Of a DNA stretch of 64,000 bases, positions 10,180 to 21,731 are shown piece by piece. The stretch covers positions 1,568,001-1,632,000 of the forward strand of contig CAXXLV010000002.1 of assembly GCA_963664305.2 (NCBI GenBank), given 5' to 3'. The notes below the pieces were generated by a model. The model made no database searches. It saw only the letters and a list, made by a program, of their open reading frames with translations, and was not told the DNA's origin. A program made the position numbers and the translations under genes. The first letter of the stretch is position 1. Every line of letters starts with the position of its first letter. The stretch is from an uncultured Aliarcobacter sp. Its GTDB lineage: Bacteria; Campylobacterota; Campylobacteria; Campylobacterales; Arcobacteraceae.

Positions 10180-10608
10180 CTAAAATAACTCTCTATGTTC
10201 TATCTTTGTACATTTATTTTGTACAACTTTTAAACCAGCCTCTTTTGCTTTTAAAGCTGCTTCATTATTCACAAGTCCCAATTGGAACCAAACTGTATCA
10301 ACATCACCTCTTTTTATTGCTTCATCAACGATTTCTGCAATTGCATCTGGTTTTCTAAAAATATCAACCATATCAATTTTAAAAGGTATTTCACTAATTG
10401 TTCTATAAACTTTTTCACCTAAAATAGTATCTTCTTTAGGATAAACTGGAACTATTTTAAATCCAGCATTTTGTAAATAAACTGCAACCATATTTGATGC
10501 TTTTGTTGAATCTGGTGAAAGTCCAGCTATTGCGATTGTTTTTGTATTTTTAAAAATTTCTAATATTTCTTCATTTTTTGAATTTACAGTTGGGAATTCA
10601 CATTCCAT
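10180..10608 (-). CDS. CoA-binding protein (YccU-like)
   Basis: TIAIAGLSP, IDMVDIFRKP, VWFQLG, KCTKIEH. Confidence 0.88.
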   Translation of the reverse strand: MECEFPTVNSKNEEILEIFKNTKTIAIAGLSPDSTKASNMVAVYLQNAGFKIVPVYPKEDTILGEKVYRTISEIPFKIDMVDIFRKPDAIAEIVDEAIKRGDVDTVWFQLGLVNNEAALKAKEAGLKVVQNKCTKIEHRELF

Positions 10609-10677
10609 TTTATATCCTTTATAATAAATTGTTCTATTATAAAGAAAATATATTTAAAAGAATGCTAAAAAGATAAA

Positions 10678-11724
10678 TTAGATATTATCTAATTTATTTT
10701 GAATGTAGTTTCTTACTTCTTGGAAATCTATTGTTTCTTTGAAATCTTCAAATTTACCACCACTTGCATTTACGTGTCCACCACCATTTGCAAGCTTAGT
10801 TGCTAACATAGAAACATCAAGTTTTCCATCTGCTCTAAAAGAGGCATTTCCTTTTTTATTTATATCAATAAAAAAATCATAATCAGGATTTGCTTTTAAA
10901 AATGCATTTGCAGGAATTGAAATTGAACCTAAACAGTATGTTAATAATCCTTTTTGATTATTATAAACAACAGTTAACTCTTCTTTTATATCATCTAGAG
11001 TCTTAACTAAATATGTTGCACTTAAATTATCTAAAGTATCATCTTTATCATGTAGTTTTAAAAACTCTTTTTTAATAAAATGAACTTCATTGTCAAGTTT
11101 TATATAACCATCAATTTCATCTAAAAATTTTGAAGCTTCTTTTAAAAGATAAAATTTAAATTCTCTATTTAAATCTGCAAACAAAATATTATTAATCTCT
11201 TTTACTTTTGTTATCATTGACATTAAAACTTTTCCAAATTCAAAGTTTTTAATCTCATTTTCAAGCCAAATATCAACAGCATTGATAGCATCAACTAAAG
11301 GTTTTAGCCAAGTACTTGTTTGACAATCAAAACCTTCATACTCTTCAAACATATAATCATAAACTATTTTTGTAGCACATCTTTTATCATCTAAAAAATA
11401 CCAATAAAACTTTTCAGCACTTTTCTTTCCACTTATATGATGGTCTAATAATTGAAGTTTGATTTTATATCCATCTTCTATCATTTTATTGATATCATTA
11501 TCTAAATCTACAGATTCTTGGAAAGTTAGATTTAAATCACTAATTAAAAAAACTATCTCTTCGTCTTTATATTTTGATATATCTTCTAAAGCTTTTTTAA
11601 TAGTTAACTTTACTTCTAATCCATAGTTTGCATTATAAAAAAATCCTTCTTTAAAGAACTCTTTTGTAATTAATTGACATCCATATCCATCTAAATCAGT
11701 ATGGGAAATATGAAAAAGTTTCAT
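10678..11724 (-). CDS. DHH/DHHA1 phosphoesterase (NrnB-like oligoribonuclease)
   Basis: SHTDLDG, ISDL, LLDHH, GGGH motifs. Confidence 0.85.
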   Translation of the reverse strand: MKLFHISHTDLDGYGCQLITKEFFKEGFFYNANYGLEVKLTIKKALEDISKYKDEEIVFLISDLNLTFQESVDLDNDINKMIEDGYKIKLQLLDHHISGKKSAEKFYWYFLDDKRCATKIVYDYMFEEYEGFDCQTSTWLKPLVDAINAVDIWLENEIKNFEFGKVLMSMITKVKEINNILFADLNREFKFYLLKEASKFLDEIDGYIKLDNEVHFIKKEFLKLHDKDDTLDNLSATYLVKTLDDIKEELTVVYNNQKGLLTYCLGSISIPANAFLKANPDYDFFIDINKKGNASFRADGKLDVSMLATKLANGGGHVNASGGKFEDFKETIDFQEVRNYIQNKLDNI

Positions 11725-12137
11725 TAAGCAATATCTTTTAAAGTTAATTTAGCTAAAAAATCATTCACTTTGAATTGAAGATTATTTAATAATGGCCAAA
11801 TTGTACAAGACATAGCTTTATGGTTTGGACAACTTTGAAGTGAAGGAGCACACTCAAATACCATAGGCATTCTCTCTTCTGCTGCTTCAACAATTTCAAG
11901 TATTGTTATCTCTTCCCAAGATTTTTTTAGTGCAAATCCACCATTTACACCTCTATGAGAAACTACTAATTCATGTTTTGCTAAATTTTGCATGATTTTT
12001 GCTAAAAATGATTTTGATATATCTAACTCTTTTGATAAAACATCTACATTCATTGGTTCATCACTTTTAGCAATGCAAATTAATGAAAGTAATGCATATT
12101 CACTTTTTTTTGTTAATAACATATTATAATTTTCCAA
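11724..12137 (-). CDS. Rrf2-family transcriptional regulator (likely Fe-S; start may be 12122)
   Basis: SEYAL, SHRGVNGGF, three C-terminal Cys. Confidence 0.88.
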   Translation of the reverse strand: MENYNMLLTKKSEYALLSLICIAKSDEPMNVDVLSKELDISKSFLAKIMQNLAKHELVVSHRGVNGGFALKKSWEEITILEIVEAAEERMPMVFECAPSLQSCPNHKAMSCTIWPLLNNLQFKVNDFLAKLTLKDIA

Positions 12138-12217
12138 TTTTTTTATATTTTGTATATATTTTACAAGAAGTATTATTAAGATTCGTTATTAAAATCAATT
12201 AAATGAAATTTTTAATT

Positions 12218-12253
12218 AAAAAAAAAGGGTTGCAGTTAAAAACTACAACCCTT
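12218..12253 (-). terminator. rpsO terminator
   Basis: Minus strand AAGGGTTGTAGTT-ttt-AACTGCAACCCTT plus T run. Confidence 0.8.
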
Positions 12254-12276
12254 CCAAACTTAATAATTTGAACAAA

Positions 12277-12549
12277 TTATTTAGCTCTGATTCCTAAAGA
12301 AGCTACTAATTCTACGAATCCAGCGTAGTTTGTTCTTCTTAAATATGTTAATAATCTTTTTCTTTTACCAACCATTTTTAAAAGACCTAATCTTGAAGAG
12401 TGATCTTTTTTGAAAACTTTTAAGTGTTCAGTTAAAATTTTAATTTGCTCTGTTAATAAAGCAATTTGAACTTCTGATGAACCAGTATCACCATCTTTTT
12501 TTCCGTATTTTGCAATTATAGCTGCTTTTACTTCCTGATCTAAAGCCAT
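12277..12549 (-). CDS. rpsO: 30S ribosomal protein S15
   Basis: [33 protein letters not shown]. Confidence 0.98.
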   Translation of the reverse strand: MALDQEVKAAIIAKYGKKDGDTGSSEVQIALLTEQIKILTEHLKVFKKDHSSRLGLLKMVGKRKRLLTYLRRTNYAGFVELVASLGIRAK

Positions 12550-12648
12550 GTTGACCTCCTAATAGGTATATGTTAATTTTTTCATTTTCAAAATGAGTCG
12601 CAATTTTATATAAAAAATACTTTAACTTTACTTTAACTAAAATATTTC

Positions 12649-13620
12649 TTAACCACCAGTTTGATAAAAAGCTCTTGATGAAATTTCATTATCATCTTTT
12701 ACTGACCATTTATTTTTTTCTGGTTTGTTTTGTAAAACTTTTTTTAATATCTCAACAGCTTCATCAATTCTATTATTTTGCACTGCATCTTTTATGCTCA
12801 TTGCATCTTCAAAATATAAACAAGGTATTAAATACCCTTCTGCTGTTAATCTAATTCTATTACATGCAGCACAAAAGTCATCTTTATGTGGTTCAATTAT
12901 TCCGAATTCATATCCATCTTCAAATCTATAATATTGTGCAGGAGAGCTTGTATCTCTTGGAACCATTTCAAAATCTGGATATTTTGAAGAAATAATTGCT
13001 TTTAATTCATCCGAGTTTAATCCCTTGATACTCTCTTTTGCATGATGGTTTTCCATAAATTCAATAAATCTTACAACATAACCTTTTTGCCTACAAAATT
13101 CTAAAACATCAAGAACATCACTATCATTTATTCCTTTTACAGGAACACAATTTATTTTTATTTTTAAGCCTGCATCATCAGCTGCTTGAATTCCTTCTAA
13201 AACTGTTGCTAAAACATCTTTTTGAGCCATTTTAGCAGCTGTTGCATGATTTAAAGTATCAAGTGAAATATTTATTCTTTTTAATCCAGCATCTTTTAGT
13301 TTTTGAGCAACTCTTGGAAGTAAAAATCCATTTGTTGTTAGAGCTAAATCAATATCATTTTTATAATCAAATACCATTTTTATAAAAATATCTAAACCTT
13401 CTCTTAAAAGTGGTTCTCCACCAGTTATTCTTACTTTTTTTATTCCTTCATCTATTGAAACTTTGATAAATTTAAATAAATCTTCATAAGAAAGAAGATT
13501 TTCTCTAGGAACCCAAGAAAAAGGTTTTTCTGGCATACAGTATTGACATCTAAAATTACATCTTTCTGTTACAGAAACCCTTAGATAATCAACCTTTCTT
13601 CCAAATCCGTCTATTAACAT
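12649..13620 (-). CDS. moaA: GTP 3',8-cyclase (Moco biosynthesis)
   Basis: [34 protein letters not shown]-terminal GG. Confidence 0.96.
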   Translation of the reverse strand: MLIDGFGRKVDYLRVSVTERCNFRCQYCMPEKPFSWVPRENLLSYEDLFKFIKVSIDEGIKKVRITGGEPLLREGLDIFIKMVFDYKNDIDLALTTNGFLLPRVAQKLKDAGLKRINISLDTLNHATAAKMAQKDVLATVLEGIQAADDAGLKIKINCVPVKGINDSDVLDVLEFCRQKGYVVRFIEFMENHHAKESIKGLNSDELKAIISSKYPDFEMVPRDTSSPAQYYRFEDGYEFGIIEPHKDDFCAACNRIRLTAEGYLIPCLYFEDAMSIKDAVQNNRIDEAVEILKKVLQNKPEKNKWSVKDDNEISSRAFYQTGG

Positions 13621-13640
13621 TTTTTACCTTTTTATATCTA

Positions 13641-14558
13641 TTAATTTAATCTTTGCCATGCTTCATCTAATGAAGTAACTCTGTTAGAAAATAAAAGATA
13701 TAAAGCCACATTAAATTTTGCAAGTTTTAAAATCTCATCATCAGGATTTTTTACAATATTTAAAGCTTCTTCAAGAGTTATATTTTCAAACTCTTTAGAG
13801 TAATTAACTCCAAAATCTTTTAAAGAGAAGCTCTCTTCTACTATTTGCTCATCTTTCATTTTCCAATATTTACCATCTTTAAATACCTCAGGACTTCCTT
13901 CACTTGCCTTTACAACAACAACTTCTTTAAAATATGGTGCAAAAATTTCTAAATATTTTTGTACATAAGGTTTATGGAATGCTGTTGTTACACCAAATTC
14001 ACTTAAAGCAGGATTTAAAAGTTTTTCAACTGTGTTAAATGCTGTTCTTAAACCTAATTCATGTCGTAAAGGAGTAAGGTCACTTAATTCCTTCAAGTAT
14101 TCTACCCTATCAAAAAAATGTATGTATTGACCTTTGTCAATATTTTGATAAATCTCTTTTGTTGTAAGTCCAGCTTTTGCAGGTTGTAAATAATCTCCTG
14201 AAATTACTAAATTCAATCTTTTTACATCTGTATTCTTTTTATAAAACTCTTCTAAAATATTTTCAAATAAAGGAAATAAAAAAGGATTTTCACATCTTCC
14301 ATCAAATGAATATCCAAGTTCAATTGAATCTTCTACTTTTTTAAATTTTATATATTTTCTTAAAGCTTCAATTGCTCCGCTTAATTCTTCATTTGTTTCA
14401 AGTTTAGTTCTCCAACCAATAAGAAAAGCTCCTATTTGGGCTGGTGTGGCTTTATTTAATAAAATGTGTTCAGTTGCATCAAAAATTTCATCTTTTGATA
14501 AATCTCTATTACCTTTTAAACCTGTTCCAACAGCTTTTATATATTTTTTAAAATTCAT
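13641..14558 (-). CDS. TrpD-like (YbiB / glycosyltransferase family 3) protein
   Basis: YIKAVGTG, QIGAFLIGWR, LRHELGLRTAFNTVEKLLNP, FHKPY, ASEG. Confidence 0.78.
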   Translation of the reverse strand: MNFKKYIKAVGTGLKGNRDLSKDEIFDATEHILLNKATPAQIGAFLIGWRTKLETNEELSGAIEALRKYIKFKKVEDSIELGYSFDGRCENPFLFPLFENILEEFYKKNTDVKRLNLVISGDYLQPAKAGLTTKEIYQNIDKGQYIHFFDRVEYLKELSDLTPLRHELGLRTAFNTVEKLLNPALSEFGVTTAFHKPYVQKYLEIFAPYFKEVVVVKASEGSPEVFKDGKYWKMKDEQIVEESFSLKDFGVNYSKEFENITLEEALNIVKNPDDEILKLAKFNVALYLLFSNRVTSLDEAWQRLN

Positions 14559-14645
14559 TAATTTGCCTAATTTTTTATTTTTTAATTTATATTTTTACAA
14601 GGATAATATACAATTGCTTAAATAAAACAATCAGCAAAGGTTAGT

Positions 14646-15311
14646 GTGAATTTACTTGAAACCATCAGAAAAATAAGTTTTTTTAATAGTTTAACGGAAG
14701 AACAAATAGGAATGATTTCTTCCATATCAACTGTTTCTAAATTTGAAAGTAACTCTATATTATTTTATGAAAGTGATAGAAAAAACAACCTTCTTTTTTT
14801 AGTTGATGGTTTAATTAAAATTTACAAATATGATAAATTTGGGAATGAAATCTTTTTATATCATATTTATAAAAACTCAATGATTAGTGAACTCTCTTCT
14901 TTAAAATCTACTGATATTTATTGTTTTTCAAATGCAGAATTTATTGAAGATTCTGTTATTTTATCTGTAAATTTTGAAAAACTTCATGAATACTTTTTAT
15001 CTAAAAATATTTTACTAACTGAATTAATGGAAATACTTCTTGATAAAACTCATCAATTACAATGTATTGTAAATAGAGAATTGGTATTTGATGCTACGGC
15101 AAAAGTTGCGTTTATGTTAAAAAATGATTTAAAAATGTTTAATAAATTAAAAAGGCAAGAAGTCTCTTTTATGTTACATATTCAGCCAGAAACTCTATCT
15201 AGAGTTTTAAAAAGATTATCAAGAGATAATATAATTTCTGTTGAAAATGGTGATATTGTAATAAATGATGAAGAGAGTTTAATTTCAATCTTCAAAGGAG
15301 TTGGAGTATGA
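14646..15311 (+). CDS. Crp/Fnr-family regulator (NssR/Nss-like)
   Basis: cNMP-like beta-barrel and HTH IQPETLSRVL; no Fnr N-terminal Cys cluster. Confidence 0.9.
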   Translation: MNLLETIRKISFFNSLTEEQIGMISSISTVSKFESNSILFYESDRKNNLLFLVDGLIKIYKYDKFGNEIFLYHIYKNSMISELSSLKSTDIYCFSNAEFIEDSVILSVNFEKLHEYFLSKNILLTELMEILLDKTHQLQCIVNRELVFDATAKVAFMLKNDLKMFNKLKRQEVSFMLHIQPETLSRVLKRLSRDNIISVENGDIVINDEESLISIFKGVGV

Positions 15312-16321
15312 ATAAAAATAAAATTAGTACAAAAATAAAATCTTTAGGAATTTTGTTTTTTGTTCTTATGATAAGTGTAATTGCAACTACTATTTATCTA
15401 AATAATAAAAGTAAAAAAGATGCTTTAATTATAAATATTGCGGGAAAACAAAGAATGTTAACTCAAAATATTTCTAAAAATGTCTTTTATTTATCTCAAC
15501 ATAAAGATTCATCTTTCGTTGAACTTGAAAATTCAATTACTGAATTTATTTATAATCTAAATTCTTTAAGAGATGGAAATCAATTATCAGGTATACAAAA
15601 AGCTCCAACGACAGAAATCGCAAATCAACTTGTAAAAATAGAAATTTTATGGAAAAGTTTTTTTCAAAATATTGTTAATTTTAAAGAATTAATAAATAAA
15701 AATGATTTTGCATCTGAAAACTCATTAAAAAATATTATTGATTTAATTTATACGACAAATCCTGTTTTATTAGAAGAAGTTGATAAATTAGTTTCAATGT
15801 ATACTCTTTACAGTGAAGAAAAAAGTAATGATGTTAGATATATGCAATATTTCTTTGCCCTTTTGATTTTATTATTAATTATTTATAGTTTTTCACAATT
15901 AAAATCTATGGAAGAAAATGCCAAAAAATTTTTAGAAGAATCTAAAAAAATAGTAGAACAAAATCCAACAAAACCTCTAACTCCAATAAAAATAGAGGGA
16001 GAAAATGAGATTATTGAAGCAACGCAAACAATAAACTGTTTTATTGAAAAAATAAATTCAGTTATGAATTATTCAGCAAGTGCCATTGAACAATCAAAAA
16101 ATGCTTCTTTAAAACTTGAAGAATTAACTGATGAATTTGACAAAATCATTTATGATTTAACTAATTCAGCTGATATTTCAAAGCAACTAAATAGAAGTGA
16201 AGATATTGCCATTCAATCTCAAGAATATTTAATTAACTCGACAAAAAGACTTCAAGAATTAAAAAAAGAGTTAGATAAAATCTTAAAATCTTGTAATAAT
16301 TCAGTATCTTCTGAAGCTTAA
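15308..16321 (+). CDS. Membrane sensor with NarX/PilJ-type periplasmic domain, no recognisable kinase or MCP output
   Basis: TM, DALIINIAGKQRMLTQ (P-box-like), second TM, HAMP-like and coiled-coil tail. Confidence 0.8.
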   Translation: MNKNKISTKIKSLGILFFVLMISVIATTIYLNNKSKKDALIINIAGKQRMLTQNISKNVFYLSQHKDSSFVELENSITEFIYNLNSLRDGNQLSGIQKAPTTEIANQLVKIEILWKSFFQNIVNFKELINKNDFASENSLKNIIDLIYTTNPVLLEEVDKLVSMYTLYSEEKSNDVRYMQYFFALLILLLIIYSFSQLKSMEENAKKFLEESKKIVEQNPTKPLTPIKIEGENEIIEATQTINCFIEKINSVMNYSASAIEQSKNASLKLEELTDEFDKIIYDLTNSADISKQLNRSEDIAIQSQEYLINSTKRLQELKKELDKILKSCNNSVSSEA

Positions 16322-16375
16322 AAAAGTTTTAGATATAATTTATCTAAATAATATATATAAGGGATATTAATTATT

Positions 16376-17110
16376 ATGCCAAAAGTTTATCTAACTGGAG
16401 CAGGTCCAGGAGATGTAGAACTACTTACATTAAAAGCTGTAAGAGTTATTGAAAATGCTGATGTTTTAATTTATGATAGATTAGTTAATCCAGAAATTCT
16501 TAAAATGGTAAAAAGTTCTTGTGAATTAATTTATGTGGGAAAAGAAGATAAAAAACATACTCTTCCTCAAGAAGATATAAATGAATTAATTTATCAAGCT
16601 TCTCTTAAATATGAAAATGTTGTAAGATTAAAAGGTGGTGACCCTTTTGTTTTCGGTCGAGGTGCAGAAGAAGCTCTTTACTTACAAGAAAGAGGAATTA
16701 AATTTGAAATAATTCCTGGAATCACTTCAGCTATTGCAGTTCCAGCATATGCTGGAATTCCTGTAACTCATAGAGGAATTACAACTTCATTTAGAGTTGT
16801 AACTGGTCATGAAAATCCAAAGAAAAAAATCTCTCAAATAGAATGGGAAACTTTTTTAAATGATGAAACAATAGTTTTTTTGATGGGATATCATAATATT
16901 GAATTAATCTCTTCAAAATTAATAACTTTAGGAAAAAGAAAAGATTACCCATGTGCAGTAATATCAAAAGGAACAACTAAAGAACAAAAAGTAGTTGTTG
17001 GAACTTTAGAGAATATTGTTGAAAAATCAAAAGGTTTAGAAACTCCTGCCATGATTGTTATTGGTGAAGTTGTAAATTTGAAAGAAAAAATCAATTGGTT
17101 TAATATTTAG
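16376..17110 (+). CDS. cobA: Uroporphyrinogen-III C-methyltransferase
   Basis: GAGPGD, YDRLV, RLKGGDPFVFGRG, PGITS. Confidence 0.93.
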   Translation: MPKVYLTGAGPGDVELLTLKAVRVIENADVLIYDRLVNPEILKMVKSSCELIYVGKEDKKHTLPQEDINELIYQASLKYENVVRLKGGDPFVFGRGAEEALYLQERGIKFEIIPGITSAIAVPAYAGIPVTHRGITTSFRVVTGHENPKKKISQIEWETFLNDETIVFLMGYHNIELISSKLITLGKRKDYPCAVISKGTTKEQKVVVGTLENIVEKSKGLETPAMIVIGEVVNLKEKINWFNI

Positions 17111-17162
17111 TCAAAATCTTTGATAGAATAATAAAATAATTTTTTTAGGCAAGGAAACAGTT

Positions 17163-18785
17163 ATGAATAATTCTCTTCAAACAGAAAATTTTCTTAAATT
17201 AATCTCAAAACATCTACCTGATATGTTATGGGCAAAAGATTTAGAGGGGAATTACTTATATGCAAATGAATCTATTTGCAAAAATCTATTAATGGCCACA
17301 CCCGAAGAGGTTCCTGGAAAAAATGATATCTACTTTGCAAAAAGAGAAAGAGAAAGACATCCTCAAAATAAACAATGGCATACTTTTGGAGAATTATGTG
17401 CAAACTCTGATTTATTAGTTCTTGAAAGTATGAAACCTATGATATTCCAAGAGTATGGAAATATCAAAGGAAAACTTGTTTATTTAGAAGTTAATAAAGC
17501 TCCTTTACATGATGAGAAAGGAAAACTAATTGGTACAATTGGAAGTGGAAGAGATATTACTGAACAAGTAAAACTTGAAGAAAAAGCAGAAAAACTTGCA
17601 TATTATGACCAATTAACAGCTTTACCAAATAGACAAAAAATTCTTTTAGATATCTCAGAAAAATCCCCAACTGCTTGTGCTATTTTTAATATAGATGAAT
17701 TTAAAGAGATAAATGATTTTTTTGGAACAGATAATGGAGATAAAATTCTTCAAGAAATTGCGAATTGGTTTTTAGAACTAGATTTTACAACTTATAGAAT
17801 TGACGGGGATGAATTTGCAATTTTATTTTATGATGAACATCCAATAGAAGTTTTAAAACATAATGTTGAAAATATTTTATCTCTATTTGAAGAAGAGATG
17901 TTTCATATTGAAGAAGAACATATTCATATTAGATTTTCTGTAGGTATTGCAAAAGAAAAACAAAACTTACTAACAAAAGCAGATATTGCTGTTCATTATG
18001 CAAAAGAAAACAAAGAAAAAGTTGCAATTTATGAAGAAAAAGCAAATATCGAACAAACTTACAAAAAGAATATTGCAATAGCATCTTCTATTAGAGAAGC
18101 CTTACTAGATAATAGAATCGTTTGTTATTATCAACCAATTATGGATTTAGCTACAGGAGAAATTAAAAAATATGAAACCTTAGTTAGAATGGTTGATACG
18201 GAGAATAAAATTATTCTTCCTTTAGATTTTTTAAATATTGCAAAAAAGACAAAACTATATTCTCATTTAACAAAAGAGATTATCCATCAAGCGTGCAATA
18301 CTTTCAAAGATAGAGATGAAACTTTTTCAATAAATTTATCAATAGATGACATCAAAGATTTAACTACACTTCAAGAAATTATTCAAACAATAATAAAAAC
18401 AAAAACTTCAGATAGAATCATTTTTGAAATTTTAGAATCAGAAGGAATTGAGAATTATGATGAAATTACAAATTTTATCACTCAAGTAAAAGCTCTTGGT
18501 GCAAAAATTGCAATTGATGATTTTGGTACAGGATATTCTAACTTTGAACATATTTTACGGTTACATGTTGATTACATAAAAATTGATGGTTCATTAATAA
18601 AAAATATTGACAAAAATGATAGACATAAAATTATTGTTGAAACAATTGTAGAGTTTTCAAAAAAAATTGGAGCTAAAACTATCGCTGAATTCGTTGCTGA
18701 TGAAAATGTTTTTAATATTATAAAAAACATTGGTGTTGATTTTTCACAGGGATATTACACAGGAAAACCAACAACTCTTATATAA
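17163..18785 (+). CDS. PAS-GGDEF(degenerate)-EAL c-di-GMP phosphodiesterase
   Basis: PAS (WAKD...GRDIT), DGDEF, YETLVR, DDFGTG, SQGY. Confidence 0.88.
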   Translation: MNNSLQTENFLKLISKHLPDMLWAKDLEGNYLYANESICKNLLMATPEEVPGKNDIYFAKRERERHPQNKQWHTFGELCANSDLLVLESMKPMIFQEYGNIKGKLVYLEVNKAPLHDEKGKLIGTIGSGRDITEQVKLEEKAEKLAYYDQLTALPNRQKILLDISEKSPTACAIFNIDEFKEINDFFGTDNGDKILQEIANWFLELDFTTYRIDGDEFAILFYDEHPIEVLKHNVENILSLFEEEMFHIEEEHIHIRFSVGIAKEKQNLLTKADIAVHYAKENKEKVAIYEEKANIEQTYKKNIAIASSIREALLDNRIVCYYQPIMDLATGEIKKYETLVRMVDTENKIILPLDFLNIAKKTKLYSHLTKEIIHQACNTFKDRDETFSINLSIDDIKDLTTLQEIIQTIIKTKTSDRIIFEILESEGIENYDEITNFITQVKALGAKIAIDDFGTGYSNFEHILRLHVDYIKIDGSLIKNIDKNDRHKIIVETIVEFSKKIGAKTIAEFVADENVFNIIKNIGVDFSQGYYTGKPTTLI

Positions 18786-18808
18786 TTAAGACTATTTTAG
18801 TCTTAATT
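18784..18808 (+). terminator. Inverted repeat after EAL gene
   Basis: AATTAAGACTA-ttt-TAGTCTTAATT. Confidence 0.55.
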
Positions 18809-18822
18809 TATTCTTAAACAAA

Positions 18823-18864
18823 TTGATATAAGTCAATTCTATTTCATTATTTTATAGTTACAAT
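18823..18864 (+). promoter_or_regulatory. Crp/Fnr (Nss) box plus -10 of nap operon
   Basis: TTGATATAAGTCAA 18823-18836; TACAAT 18859-18864. Confidence 0.75.
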
Positions 18865-18899
18865 TCATTGTTAAGAATTTATTTCATAAAGGAGAAATC

Positions 18900-21710
18900 A
18901 TGTCGCTTTCAAGAAGAGACTTCCTAAAAAGCTCAGCAGCAGCAAGTGCAGCAGCAGCTATTGGTATGACTGTACCAGCTGATTTAAAAGCACAGGCTAA
19001 TGTAGCAGAAGGTGGATGGAGATGGGACAAGGCAGCTTGTAGATTCTGTGGAACTGGTTGTGGAATTATGCTTGCAACAAAAGAGGGAAAAATTGTTGCA
19101 GTAAAAGGAGATCCAGCAGCGCCAGTTAATAGAGGACTTAACTGTATCAAAGGTTATTTTAATGCTAAAATCATGTATGGTGCAGATAGATTAAAACAAC
19201 CTTTACTTAGAGTAAATGCAAAAGGTGAATTTGACAAGAAAGGTGATTTTGCACCAGTTTCTTGGAAAAGAGCATTTGATGAGATGGAAAAACATATCAG
19301 AATTGCATTGAAAGAAAAAGGTCCAGAAGGTGTAGGAATTTTTGCTTCAGGGCAATATACAATCATGGAAGGTTATGCTGCTCAAAAATTGATGAAAGCT
19401 GGATTTAGATCAAATGCAATTGATCCAAATGCAAGACATTGTATGGCATCAGCGGTTGTTGGTTTTTATCAAACTTTTGGAATTGATGAACCTTCAGGTT
19501 GTTATGATGATATTGAACTTACAGATACAGTTGTAACTTGGGGTTCAAATATGGCAGAAATGCACCCTATTTTATGGTCAAGGGTAACGGATAGAAAATT
19601 AAGTGCACCAGATAAAGTAAAAGTTGTAAATATTTCTACATACAGACATAGAACTTCTGATTTAGCTGATATTGAAATTATCTTTACTCCAAATACAGAT
19701 TTAGCTTTATGGAATTATATTGCAAGAGAAATTGTATACAACCATCCAGAAGCAATTGATTGGGATTTCGTAAAAGAACATATTGTATTTGCTGCAAGTC
19801 CAGTAAATATGGGTTATGGTATGAGACGATCTGATGAAAAATCAATAAAAGATGGAAAATATTCTGAAAAAGAGATGGAAACAATCTCTAAAGAGATGGA
19901 AAAAATAGTTTCTGAAACGGAAGCTCCGGCACTTGCTCCTTATGGATATAAAGCTGGTGATAAAATGGTAAATAAAAATGCGGGATTAGACCACTGGGAA
20001 ATCTCTTTTGAAGAGTATAAAAAATTCCTAGAACCTTATACTTTAGATTATGTTGCAAAAATTTCTAAAGGAAATCCTGATGAAAGTATAGAAGAGTTTA
20101 AAAACAAACTTCAAGCTTTAGCAGATTTATATATTGAAAAAGAAAGAAAAGTTGTATCTTTCTGGACAATGGGTATGAATCAACACACAAGAGGAACATG
20201 GGTTAATACTTTAGCTTATAACGTTCACTTCTTATTAAATAAACAAGCAAAACCAGGTTCTGGAGCATTCTCATTAACAGGACAACCAAGTGCTTGTGGA
20301 ACAGCAAGAGAAGTTGGAACTTTCGCACATAGATTACCTGCTGATATGATGGTTGCAAATCCAAAACATAGAGAAATCACTGAAAAAGCTTGGAAAGTAC
20401 CTGCTGGAACATTAAATCCAAAAGGTCATCAACATATTATGAAAATTCATAGAGATATTGAAGATGGAAATATTAAATTTGCTTGGGTAAATGTTTGTAA
20501 TCCATATCAAGATACAGCAAGTGCAACACACTGGATTAAAGCAGCAAGAGAGATGGATAACTTCATCGTAACTTCAGATGGATATCCTGGAATTTCTGCA
20601 AAAGTATCTGACTTAATCTTACCATCTGCTATGATTTATGAAAAATGGGGTGGTTATGGAAATGCTGAGAGAAGAACTCAACTTTGGAGACAACAAGTAG
20701 TTCCAGTTGGTGATTCAATGAGTGATACATGGCAATGGGTTGAACTTTCAAAAAGATTTACTGTAAAAGATTTATGGGGTGAACAAACACTTGCAAGTAC
20801 AAAAGGAGAAACTAAACTTCCTGATATAATTGAAGCTGCAAAAGCACTAGGATATAATGAAAATACAACAATGTATGAAATTTTATTCGCAAATGAAAGA
20901 GCAAAATCTTATAAATTAGACCCTAAAGACCCTGTTCAAGCTGGTTTTGATAATACAGACGGTTTTGGAGATTCAAGAAATGTTATAGGAAGTGATGGAA
21001 AACCATGGAAAGGTTATGGATTCTTCATCCAAAAATATCTATTTGAAGAGTACGCAGATTTTGGAAGAGGTCATGGACACGATTTAGCTGATTTTGACAC
21101 TTATCACAAAGTAAGAGGATTAAAATGGCCAGTTGTTGATGGTAAAGAGACTCAATGGAGATTTAATACAAAATATGACCCTTATGCAAAAAAAGCAAAT
21201 CCAGATAGTGATTTTGCATTCTATGGAACATTAGCAAAAGAGTTAGCACAAGGTGATTTACTTGGAGTTAAAGACCAAACAAAAAAATCATTAAAAAATA
21301 AAGCAAAAATCTTTGCAAGACCTTATATGGATCCACCAGAAGTTCCAAATGAAGAGTATCCAGTTTGGTTATCAACAGGAAGGGTTTTAGAACATTGGCA
21401 TAGTGGAACTATGACGATGAGAGTTCCAGAACTTTATAGAGCAGTTCCAGAAGCACTTTGTTATATGCACCCAGAAGATGCTAAAAAATATGGTGTTCAA
21501 CAAGGTGGATTATGCTGGGTTGAAAGTAGAAGAGGAAAAGTAAAAGCTAGAGTTGAAACAAGAGGAAGAAATAGACCTAGTCGTGGTTTAGTATTTGTTC
21601 CATGGTTTGATGAAAAAGTATTTATTAATAAAGTTTGTTTAGATGCAACTTGTCCACAATCAGCGCAAACAGATTTCAAAAAATGTGCAGTTAAAATCTA
21701 TCAAGCATAA
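18900..21710 (+). CDS. napA: Periplasmic nitrate reductase catalytic subunit
   Basis: Tat signal [15 protein letters not shown]...[17 protein letters not shown]. Confidence 0.98.
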   Translation: MSLSRRDFLKSSAAASAAAAIGMTVPADLKAQANVAEGGWRWDKAACRFCGTGCGIMLATKEGKIVAVKGDPAAPVNRGLNCIKGYFNAKIMYGADRLKQPLLRVNAKGEFDKKGDFAPVSWKRAFDEMEKHIRIALKEKGPEGVGIFASGQYTIMEGYAAQKLMKAGFRSNAIDPNARHCMASAVVGFYQTFGIDEPSGCYDDIELTDTVVTWGSNMAEMHPILWSRVTDRKLSAPDKVKVVNISTYRHRTSDLADIEIIFTPNTDLALWNYIAREIVYNHPEAIDWDFVKEHIVFAASPVNMGYGMRRSDEKSIKDGKYSEKEMETISKEMEKIVSETEAPALAPYGYKAGDKMVNKNAGLDHWEISFEEYKKFLEPYTLDYVAKISKGNPDESIEEFKNKLQALADLYIEKERKVVSFWTMGMNQHTRGTWVNTLAYNVHFLLNKQAKPGSGAFSLTGQPSACGTAREVGTFAHRLPADMMVANPKHREITEKAWKVPAGTLNPKGHQHIMKIHRDIEDGNIKFAWVNVCNPYQDTASATHWIKAAREMDNFIVTSDGYPGISAKVSDLILPSAMIYEKWGGYGNAERRTQLWRQQVVPVGDSMSDTWQWVELSKRFTVKDLWGEQTLASTKGETKLPDIIEAAKALGYNENTTMYEILFANERAKSYKLDPKDPVQAGFDNTDGFGDSRNVIGSDGKPWKGYGFFIQKYLFEEYADFGRGHGHDLADFDTYHKVRGLKWPVVDGKETQWRFNTKYDPYAKKANPDSDFAFYGTLAKELAQGDLLGVKDQTKKSLKNKAKIFARPYMDPPEVPNEEYPVWLSTGRVLEHWHSGTMTMRVPELYRAVPEALCYMHPEDAKKYGVQQGGLCWVESRRGKVKARVETRGRNRPSRGLVFVPWFDEKVFINKVCLDATCPQSAQTDFKKCAVKIYQA

Positions 21711-21731
21711 AGTTAAAAAAAAGAGAAAAAA

